64,000 nucleotides of DNA, taken from positions 352,001-416,000 of the forward strand of contig CAXXWX010000015.1 in NCBI GenBank assembly GCA_963675745.2, given 5' to 3'. This DNA is from Phycisphaerae bacterium (GTDB taxonomy: Bacteria; Planctomycetota; Phycisphaerae; UBA1845; Fen-1342). Each line of letters starts with the position of its first letter. The stretch's first letter is position 1. Of this stretch, positions 28,898 to 40,785 are shown one piece after another. A program made the translations under genes and the position numbers. The notes below the pieces were generated by a model. It ran no database searches and was not told the DNA's origin. It saw only the letters and a list, made by a program, of their open reading frames with translations.

Positions 28898-29725
28898 ATG
28901 GGCACGCACAAACATCCATTCGACCAACTGATGGAACTCGATACCGCCGACATCCACTTGGATTGTGCGGCGTTGCAATTGGCGCGCGACGTATATCCTT
29001 ACATCGATCTGCGCGCATACCTGCACCGGCTCGACGCGCTGGCCGATGAGGTTGCGGCGCTGCGTCCCGGCATTGCCGCGCCGCGCCGCTACGAAGCGCT
29101 GCGCGAGGTGCTCGTCGATCGGCACGGGTTCAGCGGTCCCGAAGAAGATTACTACGACGCGCAGAACTCGTATCTGAATCGCGTGCTGGATCGCGGCGTG
29201 GGCATCCCGATCAGCCTGTCACTGGTATGGCTGGAGGTTGCGCGCCGCTTGAACTGGACGGTGTGTGGTATTGGTTTTCCAGGTCGTTTGCTGGTGCGCT
29301 TCGACGATCACGAGCGCTATGTCGTGGCCGACCCGTTTGACGAAGGCAGTTCGTTGTCGCTCGAGGACTGCCGGGCGCTGCTGTGCGCGCAGGCTGGGGC
29401 GGAGGCCGTGCTCAAGGCGGAGCACATGGCGCCGATCGACACGCGCGCCGTATTGGCGCGAGCGCTTAATCATCTGCGGACGGTTTACCTGATCAACAAC
29501 GATTGGCCGCGGCTGGCGAATGTGCTGCGCCGCCTGGCCGCCGTCGAGCCGGCCAACGGCGAGCCTCTCTGCGAGCTGGCCGCGCTGCACTGCCGTCTCG
29601 GCAACATGCGGCACGCCTACGCACACCTGGCCGTGTACCTGGAGCGCATCCCCGACGGCTCGAACACGGCGCTGGTGCGCTCGAGCCTGCGACGTATCGA
29701 AGCTGCAATCTCCGCGCTGAACTGA
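28898..29725 (+). CDS. SirB1/transglutaminase-like core protein with TPR
   Basis: DYYDAQNSYLNRVLDRGVGIPISLSLV, GIGFPGRLLVR, DPFDEG, C-terminal TPR-like helices. Confidence 0.85.
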   Translation: MGTHKHPFDQLMELDTADIHLDCAALQLARDVYPYIDLRAYLHRLDALADEVAALRPGIAAPRRYEALREVLVDRHGFSGPEEDYYDAQNSYLNRVLDRGVGIPISLSLVWLEVARRLNWTVCGIGFPGRLLVRFDDHERYVVADPFDEGSSLSLEDCRALLCAQAGAEAVLKAEHMAPIDTRAVLARALNHLRTVYLINNDWPRLANVLRRLAAVEPANGEPLCELAALHCRLGNMRHAYAHLAVYLERIPDGSNTALVRSSLRRIEAAISALN

Positions 29726-29958
29726 ATCACCGCCGCGCCAGATATGGCGTATGTCCACTGCGCGCGCTCACATCCGGGGGAATCGTACACTCGCGTCACT
29801 TGACGGCCGACCATAGAATTGCGGCGTAACGTCGCGTATGCGTTCGGTGAATAGCAGCCGCCACGGGGGCAGTTGCTGCGCGACGGCGAAAGGCGCTCCA
29901 ACCAGCCGCGCGCGCCATCTCGCCTGGCCCTGGCCAATCTGCGAGGCTCGGACAAGCG

Positions 29959-30255
29959 ATGCCTGTGGCAAACATCAATCCGGTCTTCTCCCTGGCGGTC
30001 GCGCTCCTGGCGGTGATCGCCGCCTCGATCGCCGGCTGGATTGTCGTGCGGCGTGTGCGCGCCTGGGCGAACGAGGAGATTCTGACGGAGCCGTTCACGC
30101 TCCAGGATTTGCGCATGATGCGCGACAATGGCGAGATCACGCCCGATGAGTACGAGACCATGCGCGACGCGTTGCTGAATCGCGTGAAGGCGTCGCTGGA
30201 CAACGAGTCGGATGCCGGCCAGCGGCCACCGGATTCCCCCCCAGACGCCGGATGA
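29959..30255 (+). CDS. Small membrane protein with a SHOCT-like domain
   Basis: TM helix followed by LQDLRMMRDNGEITPDEYETMRDALL. Confidence 0.75.
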   Translation: MPVANINPVFSLAVALLAVIAASIAGWIVVRRVRAWANEEILTEPFTLQDLRMMRDNGEITPDEYETMRDALLNRVKASLDNESDAGQRPPDSPPDAG

Positions 30256-30495
30256 TGACGACGCCGGCTGATCCCAAAATGTGCGGAGCCGAGCGCCAAG
30301 CCGGAACGCAGGTGCGTAACCAGTGGATATAACCGGTCGAAAACCGGTGCCCCAAAGACAATCACTCGCAGCGCTCCCCAATGTGTGCCCGGGCTGCTAG
30401 AATCGATTTAGGATCGCCGGTGAGATCGGTCGAAAACGAAGGTGAACGAGGCCGGGCATAACAACGGTAACCGGGCTCGCGAATGAGGATTTTGG

Positions 30496-31779
<1,284 letters not shown>

Positions 31780-31998
31780 GCGAACAACCGCGCCCCAGCG
31801 ATCATGCGCGGACCATTATAGGACGTACCAGAACTCACTCTAAAACCGCCCCTTGCTGCACAATACACCTGCCAACAGCGCGGCGTTCAAGCCGCAGTCA
31901 GCGTCACCCCGAAAGAATAGTCGCAATGTGTCCCGTACTGGAAGGGTTCCCGGGAGACGGTATACGCACTCCGGGCGCTCAACGCTGGGTGGTGGCAA

Positions 31999-33015
31999 AT
32001 GTCCGACGTTCTGGATCAATCCGAGATTGATGCGCTGCTGGCCGCGGTCGACCATGACAAAGACCAGTCGCAGGCGGGGGAACAACGCGCCACCCAGGCC
32101 GGCTCCTCCGAGCCCCCCTCAAAGCCGGTGGGCGGGTACGACTTCAAACGACCGGAGCGCGTGAGTAAAGACCACATCCGCGCGCTGGCCGCGATTCACG
32201 ACGGTTTTGCCCGCAACTTCGGAGCCACCTTATCCGGCTTCCTGCGCACGATCATCGATGTCCGCGTGGTGGACGTTGAGCAACTGACCTACAGCGAGTT
32301 TGTACACTCGCTTCCCAACTCCACCTGCTTCGTCATCCTCGAGGCCCCGCCACTTGAGGGCCAGATGTGCCTCGAGATCAGCCCACTGATCGTCTATCCG
32401 ATCGTCGACCGGCTGCTGGGGGGAAACAGTGGCGAGGTTTACCTCCCCCAGCGCCCCCTGACGTCAATCGAGTGGCGCCTGGTGGGACGCATCGTCGAGC
32501 GCGCACTGGAGCACCTCTCCGAGGCATGGAAGAACCTCGTCGATGCGCGGTTCGTCATGACGCAGACCGAGAGCAACCCGCAACTCGTACACATCGTCGC
32601 GCCGACCGAGGTTGTCGTATTCATCACGTATGAGATCAAGATGGGCGACTGCGCGGGCACGATGAGCATGTGCGTCCCATTCAACGTGATTGAATCGATG
32701 CTCAGCAAGCTGACCACGCAATCCTGGTTTGGCTATCGTCCCAAGGAAGCCACGCCGGAACAGCAGCAGCGCCTGTTGCGCAATCTTTCGAAGACGACCG
32801 TGGACATGGCCTGTTTCCTTGGCGCCACGCGCATAAGCCTCAACGACCTGAGCGCGATGCGGCCGGGCGACATAATCCAGCTCGAAAAGCGAACCAGCGA
32901 AGATCTGATTCTCCAGATCAAGGGACACACCAAGTTCGCCGGTCGTATCGGCGGCTATCGCGGCCGGCGCGCGTTGCGGCTGACGCGCCGCGCGGAATAC
33001 GACGAAATCCTGTAG
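31999..33015 (+). CDS. fliM: Flagellar motor switch protein FliM
   Basis: VLDQSEIDALL, YDFKRPERVSK, VEQLTYSEF, VDRLLGG, ESNPQL. Confidence 0.95.
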   Translation: MSDVLDQSEIDALLAAVDHDKDQSQAGEQRATQAGSSEPPSKPVGGYDFKRPERVSKDHIRALAAIHDGFARNFGATLSGFLRTIIDVRVVDVEQLTYSEFVHSLPNSTCFVILEAPPLEGQMCLEISPLIVYPIVDRLLGGNSGEVYLPQRPLTSIEWRLVGRIVERALEHLSEAWKNLVDARFVMTQTESNPQLVHIVAPTEVVVFITYEIKMGDCAGTMSMCVPFNVIESMLSKLTTQSWFGYRPKEATPEQQQRLLRNLSKTTVDMACFLGATRISLNDLSAMRPGDIIQLEKRTSEDLILQIKGHTKFAGRIGGYRGRRALRLTRRAEYDEIL

Positions 33016-33182
33016 CGATCACTGTTGATTCCCGGATGGGAGGTTCTCAGGAAGGGGCCGGGGCAGCACTGCGCTCGAACAGCGTAGTTCTGACGCGGAC
33101 CTCACGGCTCATAGAGCCGTGGCACACACGTGTCACACCGCGAAGTGACGAACGCGCTATTGAAGTCGATGCCGCTGCCCGT

Positions 33183-34697
33183 TCAACGCGCCTGTGTCTG
33201 GCGCGCGGCGGCGTCGTACGCTTCGCCGATCAGCCGCCAGGCTGTTTCGATGTGCTCGCGACGCGTGCGCAGATTCCCGACAGTGAGGCGCATCACCAAA
33301 CGCCCGTGGAGGCGTGTGTGCGACAGGAAAACCGGGCCGGCTTCATTGACCTGCGCCAGGATCTGCTCGTTGAGCGCGTCCAACCGGTCGGGCGGAAGGT
33401 CGGCGCGGGCGCGAAAGCAGACCGTGCTGAACGGAACCGGGGCGCATAGCTCAAACCGCGCGTCGGCCTCCACCCATGATTGGAACTCGCGGGCCAGCGC
33501 GCAGTGCAGTCGTATCCGTTGACGTATTCCATCGAGCCCGAACGCGCGCATGACCATCCACAGCTTCAACGCGCGAAAACGCCGCCCGAGCTGCACGCCG
33601 TAGTCCATCAGATTTGTGACGCCCTGTTCGGTTGTGGTCAGATAGTCGGGCACTATTGAGAACGCCTCGCGCAGATGCCGCGGATCGCGCACGAAAAGCA
33701 CGGAGCAGTCGACCGGCACGAACATCCACTTGTGCGGGTTCGTAACCAGCGAGTCCGCCATGGCCAATCCCGGCATCAGCTCACGCAGCTCGGGCACGAG
33801 TGTGGCGGTACCGGCGTAGGCCGCGTCGACGTGCAGCCAGAGTTTCTCGCGGCTTGCGATCGCTGCGATCTCCGGAACCGGGTCCACACTGGTGGTCGAG
33901 GTTGTGCCGACTGTCGCAACGACTGCAAGCGGATGATGCCCGGCACGCCGGTCGGCCTGCACGGCATCCGCCAGGGCGGCGGGGCGCATGCGAAACTCGG
34001 CATCGCTCTCTATCTTGCGCAGGTTGTCCAGCCCCAACCCCAGCGCGACACAGGCCTTGTCGATCGAAGAGTGTGCGTGCTCACTGGCGTAAACAGTCAG
34101 ACGCGGCAACTCGGGCCGCCCGCCCATGCCGCTACGGCGGATGTCGTATTCCGCGAGCCGATGGCGCGCCGCGGCGACCGCCAGCAGCGAAGCGATCGAG
34201 GCTGTGTCGTTGATGTGCCCGACAAACTCGGCGGGCAGCCCCATCGCCTGACGCAGCCAGTCGCAGACATGCTCCTCGAGTTCGGTCGCGGCCGGCCCCG
34301 TACGCCAGAGCATGGCGTTGACGTTCAGCGCGCTGGCCAGCGTCTCGGCGATGATGCCGGGGCCTGATCCAGTAATGGCGAAATACGCCAGAAACCCGGG
34401 GTGGTTCCAGTGCGTGGTGGTGGGCTCGATGATACGGCTGTAGTCGCTGAGAATACGATCGAGCGAGGCGGGCTCTGCCGGGGGAGCATCGTCGAGCTGC
34501 CCGCGAATATCACCCGGCACGACCTTGGGCATAACCGGATAGTTGCCCACTCCCTCCAGGTAATCCGCGACCATATCCGCCGCCCGGTGCATCGCCGCGC
34601 GAAATTCCTCCGCGGGGATGTCGCCGGGCGTGGCGCTATCGGCGTCATTCGCGGCCGCGGACGGCGGCGGTGTGGGTGATTGCTCGTGCTGTGTCAT
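33183..34697 (-). CDS. Group II PLP-dependent (aromatic L-amino acid) decarboxylase
   Basis: THWNHPGFLAYF, PAATELE, HSSIDKA, TVGTTSTTSVDP, WLHVDAAYAG, NPHKW, LGRRFRALKLW; start set to ATG 34697. Confidence 0.92.
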   Translation of the reverse strand: MTQHEQSPTPPPSAAANDADSATPGDIPAEEFRAAMHRAADMVADYLEGVGNYPVMPKVVPGDIRGQLDDAPPAEPASLDRILSDYSRIIEPTTTHWNHPGFLAYFAITGSGPGIIAETLASALNVNAMLWRTGPAATELEEHVCDWLRQAMGLPAEFVGHINDTASIASLLAVAAARHRLAEYDIRRSGMGGRPELPRLTVYASEHAHSSIDKACVALGLGLDNLRKIESDAEFRMRPAALADAVQADRRAGHHPLAVVATVGTTSTTSVDPVPEIAAIASREKLWLHVDAAYAGTATLVPELRELMPGLAMADSLVTNPHKWMFVPVDCSVLFVRDPRHLREAFSIVPDYLTTTEQGVTNLMDYGVQLGRRFRALKLWMVMRAFGLDGIRQRIRLHCALAREFQSWVEADARFELCAPVPFSTVCFRARADLPPDRLDALNEQILAQVNEAGPVFLSHTRLHGRLVMRLTVGNLRTRREHIETAWRLIGEAYDAAARQTQAR

Positions 34698-34963
34698 TGA
34701 ACCAGTGTCCTTCCGGCAAGTACCGCGCACCGCTGTCAGCCCAGCGCGGGAGTATTGGCAACGCTCACGAATGTAACGGCCGGCGCCCCGCCGGCCGCCG
34801 ATCACCAGCCGCGCCACTCCGCACCAACGGCCCGCGCAACGCTCAATCCACGGCCGACTCAGGAATCGCCCGCCACTCGATTGTCGCGCCGGACTACGCC
34901 GCCGCATCAGGAATATAGCCGGTTCACGCACCCGGCAACAGCGACGTGAACTGCGCCAACATC

Positions 34964-34998
34964 AGCGAACGCGCCGCACCGTCAGGCATGTGCCGGCA
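34964..34998. repeat. 35-bp direct repeat, copy 1 (duplicate of the J-domain gene 3' end; att-like)
   Basis: agcgaacgcgccgcaccgtcaggcatgtgccggca, identical to 36139-36173. Confidence 0.95.
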
Positions 34999-35235
34999 TG
35001 GGATTCGAGCGTGTCAGTGCTGACGGGAGCCGACGAGCCGCGATTGCTGTGGGTGGACACGCGCACGCGCTATGTGATAGGGTACACGCGTGAAGATCGC
35101 GGTAGGGTCGCAACAAGACCGGCCGCAACATGTGGGGTCGCCACGACCAATAGATGTCCAGCGAGACGCCAAACGCGACGATCCCGGGCGTACGAACGAA
35201 CTCGCTACAGGCAGTCGTTGACCGGGAGGAGACAA

Positions 35236-35460
35236 ATGAGCTGCGATGGTTGGGATGTGGGTGACAAATGCCAAGCGGCGCGTGTAGTCGCCGTAGAGGG
35301 GACAGGGGGACGCACGATCGAGATCGCCGCCGGAACGTACGGCGTGGTCCGTGAAGTCAATCACGCGGCGCATCGAATCGTCGTTGAGTGGACTCCAAGC
35401 CGGGTGCAGGTGCCTTTCTCGCACTCGCAGATACACGATTACCTCCGTCGTATCACGTAG
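35236..35460 (+). CDS. Small hypothetical protein (74 aa)
   Basis: RBS GGAGGAG then ATG 35236: MSCDGWDVGDKCQAARVVAVEG...GTYGVVREVNH...; the pattern suggests a small beta-barrel. Confidence 0.6.
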   Translation: MSCDGWDVGDKCQAARVVAVEGTGGRTIEIAAGTYGVVREVNHAAHRIVVEWTPSRVQVPFSHSQIHDYLRRIT

Positions 35461-35475
35461 GTGTAACGCGCAGCG

Positions 35476-35973
35476 ATGAAACGGCTACGGGAAGCTCTGC
35501 AAATGCCTTGGCACCAGCTTCGCGCCGTCGGAAACTTGAAAGTCCTGAAGGCATCATATGTCGTCTGGGCGATTGTACCGTTTGTTTCCCAGCAGCGGTG
35601 GCTCGTTGCTGCAATGGGCCTAAGTACTTGGCAGCTTGCCGAAGTGTACTTTGCCACCGTTTTCCTCGCCGTCGCAAACCTCATTTACGACCTCATGTGC
35701 CCACCCATTGTCAAGCGGTTCGCGAGCCCAAACGACCTGTACTCAAAGATGTTGGAGATGAGAGAGCTATCGGTACGCCTGTATCCTGAGGACCAGTTTG
35801 AAGCATCCCTTTCGCACTGCAGGGCCGCGTATCTAAGAAAGACGGACGCGAATCCGCTGTCGCGCTGCGTGTGTTCGATCCTCTTCCTGGCTGCTGCTGG
35901 GTTGTTTGCCGTGATTCTGCTGCATCGGTCGTTCGTCGTTTTGGGGGCGCTGTTCGCGCAGGGTGCCGCATAA
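35476..35973 (+). CDS. Hypothetical membrane protein (165 aa)
   Basis: About three hydrophobic helices; more A/T-ending codons than flanking core genes. Confidence 0.65.
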   Translation: MKRLREALQMPWHQLRAVGNLKVLKASYVVWAIVPFVSQQRWLVAAMGLSTWQLAEVYFATVFLAVANLIYDLMCPPIVKRFASPNDLYSKMLEMRELSVRLYPEDQFEASLSHCRAAYLRKTDANPLSRCVCSILFLAAAGLFAVILLHRSFVVLGALFAQGAA

Positions 35974-36136
35974 TCCGCCCCGGGCGAATTCCCGTCCGGA
36001 TGGGCCCGGCGCGACGGACCACGCGACGATCTCGCGGGCGTGCCGGTCGGCGGCGCGCTTTGCTTGTGATCCCGTGCGGTTTGGTCACGGCCGTCGCAAC
36101 ACGGCGCGCCAAACCTCCGTGGCATCGGCAGCAGGC

Positions 36137-36646
36137 TTAGCGAACGCGCCGCACCGTCAGGCATGTGCCGGCAAGTGTCAGCATTCCGGTGGCGATGGCG
36201 CCGAGGCTTAGGAGTGCGTAGTCGAGGTCGTGGGTCGTTGCGTAATTCACCGCCAGCGCAACCCCCAGAACATAGAGCACCAGCACCGCGACGTGCTTGA
36301 CGGTCTCCACGGCGTACGGCGGCAGAAACCGGCTGAGGCGCGTAAGGCCGAGCAGGCAGTCGGCGCAGCCGGGGCGGCCATCGAGACCGTCCAGCAATTC
36401 ATCATAATTACCGCAGCGCGGGCAACGACGCCGTGCCGATCCGTCGCCGAGAAGGCCCAATTCGTGCTGCAACACACGATAAGCCTTCACGACGCGCGCG
36501 AAACGCCGACCGGACTCGGGGGATCGGTTCAGATCGGGGTGGTGTTGTTTGGCCAGTCTGCGGAAGGCCATGCGCACTTCCGCCGGGCCCGCCGATCGCG
36601 GCAATTGCAGGACACGAAACGACTCGTCTGATGAGAAGCCGCGCAT
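36137..36646 (-). CDS. J-domain (DnaJ-like) protein with CxxC pairs and two C-terminal TM helices
   Basis: AFRRLAKQHHPDLN (HPD motif), CPRC...CADC, hydrophobic C-terminus. Confidence 0.85.
   Translation of the reverse strand: MRGFSSDESFRVLQLPRSAGPAEVRMAFRRLAKQHHPDLNRSPESGRRFARVVKAYRVLQHELGLLGDGSARRRCPRCGNYDELLDGLDGRPGCADCLLGLTRLSRFLPPYAVETVKHVAVLVLYVLGVALAVNYATTHDLDYALLSLGAIATGMLTLAGTCLTVRRVR
36139..36173. repeat. 35-bp direct repeat, copy 2 (within the J-domain gene 3' end)
   Basis: Identical to 34964-34998. Confidence 0.95.
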
Positions 36647-36864
36647 TGTGCTTCAGTCCCGAACGAAGGCGGTGGCCGTCAATCGACGGCACGTCATTCT
36701 AATGATACGTCGAGCGGCGAGATTCGGGCAGACGATTTTTCGGACCCGCGGCCGATAAGTTGTACAGATGCCGGTTCACGCAGTGATTGTCAGGCGCACC
36801 GTCCGCGCCCTTGCGCTCAAACCCGCGTGCGGCGGGCCCGTGGCACAATCGGCGGATGGCAGGC

Positions 36865-37052
36865 ATGCCGTCCCGCAGGGACCCAATGAACATAGCCCAG
36901 CACGCAGTGCTGGGGCAATTGTGGACACGCGAAAACCGAGTCCCGGAGGGACGGCTGAGCTTTCAGTCGTCCCTGCGGGACTTGGCAGCCAGGTACGCGA
37001 TCCCAACCCAGCACTGCGTGCTGGGCTATATTCAGATGCCCCTACGGGGCAC
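36865..37052. repeat. Composite palindromic REP/MITE-like element
   Basis: Nested inverted repeats: atagcccagcacgcagtgctggg / cccagcactgcgtgctgggctat, and agtcccggagggacggctga / tcagtcgtccctgcgggact. A further gtcccgcagggac unit lies at the left end. Confidence 0.8.
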
Positions 37053-37222
37053 ATGACTCGGAAACCACGGGCGCGGAATTCCCGCCGCAAGTGTCACGAA
37101 CCCGCGTGCGGCTGATGGTATGGCCGCGCGTTGCCGCGGTCACGCGTGTCACGTAGGATGAGTCAGGGCGGCCGGTGCCGCCGGCCACGCAGCGCCAGCG
37201 CGAATGTGAGGAAGAAGATCTG

Positions 37223-38611
37223 ATGTCGCCGATCGCGCGGAGTCTTGTCGCCGGGATGATCATCCTGGGCCTGACCGTTTGCGGTTGCGAGCGGGCGACG
37301 CCGGCAGACACGTCGGCGCGGCGTCCGAACGTGCTGCTGATCGTGATCGACACCTTGCGCGCCGATCGACTGGGCTGTTATGGCAGCGAATTGGGGGCGA
37401 CTCCGCGGATCGATGCACTGGCGGCGGAAGGCCATCGGTTTGAGCGAGCCTATGCGCATGCCCCGTGGACGCTCCCGTCATTTGCCTCGCTATTCACGTC
37501 CCAGGCACCGCCGCGCCATGGTGCCGGCGGGCAATTGCGGCAATTTCTTCCGCTCCAGGCGAGCGCGCGCACCGTGGCCGAGGTGTTCCGCGACGCCGGC
37601 TTTGCCACCAGCGCGATCATCAACGTGGATTTCATCGCCGAACGCTTCGGCATGATGCAGGGCTTTGATCACGTGGATTTCGTGTCGCACGCCAGTAATG
37701 AGAATGAGCGCACGGCGGAAGGCACGACTTCAGCCGCGGCGGCGCTGCTGGCCAGCAAGAGCGACCGCCCGTTTTTCCTGCTGGTTCACTACTTTGACCC
37801 ACACCTGATCTACGACCCGCCACCCGAATACCGCGCCAGGTACGGCGGCCCGCTGGACCGTGACAACCGCGACTGGCAGTTCGGCCAGACCGCGGATGTG
37901 ATCGCGTACCGTCACGGGAAGTTCGCGATAAGCGAGGAGACCATTCGCCGGGCGGAACTGCTGTATAACGGAGAGGTTGCTTACACGGATGCGCAGGTGG
38001 GGCGGCTGCTTGATGAGCTCATGCGTTTGGGCCTGGCCGACTCGACTATTGTCGTACTGACCGCCGATCACGGCGAGGAATTCCTCGACCACGGCGGCTT
38101 TGAGCACGGGCACACGCTGTACAACGAGTTGCTGCACGTACCGCTGATCATCCGCTATCCGCGTTGGGTGGCTACGGGCGTGAGCGAGTCAATGGTGGGC
38201 CTGATCGACGTGGCGCCGACGCTGTGTGACCTGGCGGGACTCGATGCCGACCCGGCATTTGCCGGCCATAGTCTGGCGGGGCTGATGGAGGGGGCGCCCT
38301 GGGCCCAGCACCCCATCTATCTATCGGGGAACTTCTGGGGCAAGCCGTTTCACGGCTGGATCAACGAGGAACACAAGTTGATCGCAAGTCCAAACGAGGT
38401 AATGCTCTTCAACTTGGCCGCGGACCCGCGCGAGCGGCAAAATCTCACAAACGCCAAACCCGGCCTGGCGCGCCGCATGGCCACGGATATGCAACTGGCC
38501 TTCAAGGCGATGCGCGCCACGGCGCCGGGCCGGGCTCAGCCGCTACAACTCAGCGATGCCGAGCGAAAGCGGCTCGAATCGCTTGGGTATCTGCGCTCGG
38601 AAGAGCCGTGA
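37223..38611 (+). CDS. Sulfatase-like hydrolase, probable lipoprotein
   Basis: Lipobox-like LTVCGC, PNVLLIVIDTLRAD, APWTLPSFASLFT, HYFDPH, TADHGEEF, HGHTLY, HVPLI. Confidence 0.88.
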   Translation: MSPIARSLVAGMIILGLTVCGCERATPADTSARRPNVLLIVIDTLRADRLGCYGSELGATPRIDALAAEGHRFERAYAHAPWTLPSFASLFTSQAPPRHGAGGQLRQFLPLQASARTVAEVFRDAGFATSAIINVDFIAERFGMMQGFDHVDFVSHASNENERTAEGTTSAAAALLASKSDRPFFLLVHYFDPHLIYDPPPEYRARYGGPLDRDNRDWQFGQTADVIAYRHGKFAISEETIRRAELLYNGEVAYTDAQVGRLLDELMRLGLADSTIVVLTADHGEEFLDHGGFEHGHTLYNELLHVPLIIRYPRWVATGVSESMVGLIDVAPTLCDLAGLDADPAFAGHSLAGLMEGAPWAQHPIYLSGNFWGKPFHGWINEEHKLIASPNEVMLFNLAADPRERQNLTNAKPGLARRMATDMQLAFKAMRATAPGRAQPLQLSDAERKRLESLGYLRSEEP

Positions 38612-38718
38612 CGGCCACGCCCGTGCCACGATAGCACGAATTCTCGTGCCACGCGCTTCACTTAAACGGCGAGTTCAGCGGATTGCAATCCTGCTCCCAC
38701 GGCGCGGGCGCCGAGTCG

Positions 38719-40704
38719 CTATGGCCGGCGGGCCTGATCGACAAGTTGGAGCGCCGCGCGCGGCTGGGGGAAGGTAGGATCGAGCTCGAGCGCCCGGTTG
38801 AATGAAGCCTCGGCTTCATCCAGGCGGTTCTGGGCCAGGCGCATCAGGCCGACAGCAAGGTGGAGACTTGCGTCGCGCGGCGCGAGCTCAAGTCCGCGAT
38901 CAAGGTGCTTTTGCGCCTCGTCGTAGCGCCCGAGCGCCGCCAGCGCGACCGCGATCTCCTGCATCGTGCCGGTGTCAGTCGGAAGCAGGTCGAGTGCGAT
39001 CGTATATTGATCCACGGCCGGCTCAAGCATCCGCGCCCCGGTCAGGATGCGCCCGTATGATCTTCGCACATAATAGTCACTGGGGGCCAGTTCAACGGCT
39101 TGCTCGATGATTACGAGCGCGTCCTCCACGCGGCCCTGCTCCTGCAAGGCATCGGCCAAGTCGGATCGCAGCTTGGCGACCTCCGGGAAAACCTCGATCA
39201 ACTCACGGTACAACACTTCGGCCTTGTCAAACGCGCGGAGCCCCATATACCACGAGGCCTGTGAGCGTTTGTGAATGTAGTCGACGAAATCACGCGGGTT
39301 GCGACCCTCCGGCTCAAAACGTTCGAGTTCGCTGCGGCTGTCTTCCGCGGACTGTGATCCGAGATACCCCAGTGACTCCAGCCGGGCGCGGTCCGCCGCG
39401 CCGAGCGTCACAGCGCTGACCTGCGGATCTTCCGCAACCGGCGGCGGAGCCTCAGCAATCACCTGCCGCAGGCGCTGTCGCAGCGACGCCACCAACTCCG
39501 GCCTTTCATCGGCGAGGTTGTGGTTCTCACCCGGATCGCTTGACAGTGCATAGAGCTCCGGCCTGGGGGCGTGAATGTACTTGTAGCCATCGGCCGCCAG
39601 GCTGCGCAGGTGTGAGAGCTTGAGCTCGATCTGGTTTTCAAACGTATCGGCATACGCCGTGAGCCCGAGGTCCTGCTCCTCGTCGGTGATCAGCGGGTAC
39701 AGGCTCATGCCCTGCACGTCATCCCACGCAGGCAAACCGAGCAACTCCAGCACGGTCGGGGCAATATCAATGGTGCGCACCTGCGCGGCGATCGACCGGC
39801 CCGCGGGGACGCGGCTCGGACAGTTGAAGATGAGTGGGACGTGCAGCACGGTCTCGTAAACGAAGTTGCCGTGCCGCAACTCACGATGATCGCCAAGTCC
39901 TTCGCCATGATCGGCAACCACGACTATAAGCGTCCGATCAACGACACCCATGGATTCGAGCTGGGCGATCAGCAGGCCGATCTGCTTGTCCACGTACTCG
40001 ATCTCATCCTGGTAAGCTTCCCTCGAATCGGTATCCGCGGAGTACGCTGACTCGTAGGGATGATGTGGGTCGTAGAAATGCGCCCACAGGAAGAAAGGTC
40101 GGTCGGCTACTCCGCGGAGTTGTTCGAGGACATCTTCGCGGATGTCATCACCGCGCCGTTCGGCCTTGAACGGGTTATCCGATCCGTTGGCCACAACGTC
40201 GTGGTAGACATCGAATCCCTGGCCAACTCCGAATTGCTTATTCAGCACAAACGACGCCACGGCCGCACCGGTCTGGTAGCCGGCTTCGCCAAGCGTTTCC
40301 GCCAGTGTTTGAGCGGTCTCCGCCAGACGCGTTGTGCCATTGCGGCGCGCGCCATGCACGAACGGATAAAGCCCGGTCATGATGCTGGCATGTGACGGAA
40401 GCGTGATACCGGCGCAGCTCGAGCAGCGCGTGAACAGCACGCCGTCGCGCGCGAGTTTGTCAATATTCGGCGTGTCAGCCGATTCGCGACCAAAGCACCC
40501 GAGGTAGTCGGCGCGTGTCGTGTCCAATGTGATCAGAAACAGATTCAGCCGCTCCGCGCCGTTGACGGAGTGCGGCCGGCGTCGCATGACGCCCTGTGCG
40601 GCCCAGAGGCCGGCAACGACGACGGCGACCACGACAATCCACACAAGATAGCGGTGGTCGCGCCTTGGTTTCCGGACCGCGTCGTTCTCGTGCGCTGCGC
40701 CCAT
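38719..40704 (-). CDS. Sulfatase-like hydrolase with C-terminal TPRs
   Basis: N-terminal TM helix, LITLDTTRAD, ITLPSHASIMTG, HFYDPH, ADHGEGLG, TPR repeats. Confidence 0.9.
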   Translation of the reverse strand: MGAAHENDAVRKPRRDHRYLVWIVVVAVVVAGLWAAQGVMRRRPHSVNGAERLNLFLITLDTTRADYLGCFGRESADTPNIDKLARDGVLFTRCSSCAGITLPSHASIMTGLYPFVHGARRNGTTRLAETAQTLAETLGEAGYQTGAAVASFVLNKQFGVGQGFDVYHDVVANGSDNPFKAERRGDDIREDVLEQLRGVADRPFFLWAHFYDPHHPYESAYSADTDSREAYQDEIEYVDKQIGLLIAQLESMGVVDRTLIVVVADHGEGLGDHRELRHGNFVYETVLHVPLIFNCPSRVPAGRSIAAQVRTIDIAPTVLELLGLPAWDDVQGMSLYPLITDEEQDLGLTAYADTFENQIELKLSHLRSLAADGYKYIHAPRPELYALSSDPGENHNLADERPELVASLRQRLRQVIAEAPPPVAEDPQVSAVTLGAADRARLESLGYLGSQSAEDSRSELERFEPEGRNPRDFVDYIHKRSQASWYMGLRAFDKAEVLYRELIEVFPEVAKLRSDLADALQEQGRVEDALVIIEQAVELAPSDYYVRRSYGRILTGARMLEPAVDQYTIALDLLPTDTGTMQEIAVALAALGRYDEAQKHLDRGLELAPRDASLHLAVGLMRLAQNRLDEAEASFNRALELDPTFPQPRAALQLVDQARRP

Positions 40705-40785
40705 CAGAGGCGTCCTCCAACCCGGTTACGGTCGCACCGGTCGCTCGTGCAGCCCCGCGTTCACGAACCGACCACTCGGAACCGA

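Noticed and set aside
34964..36173. CRISPR repeats or integron cassettes from the 35-bp repeat
   Set aside because: The copies are 1.1 kb apart and match a gene 3' end; no convincing attC palindrome or integrase.
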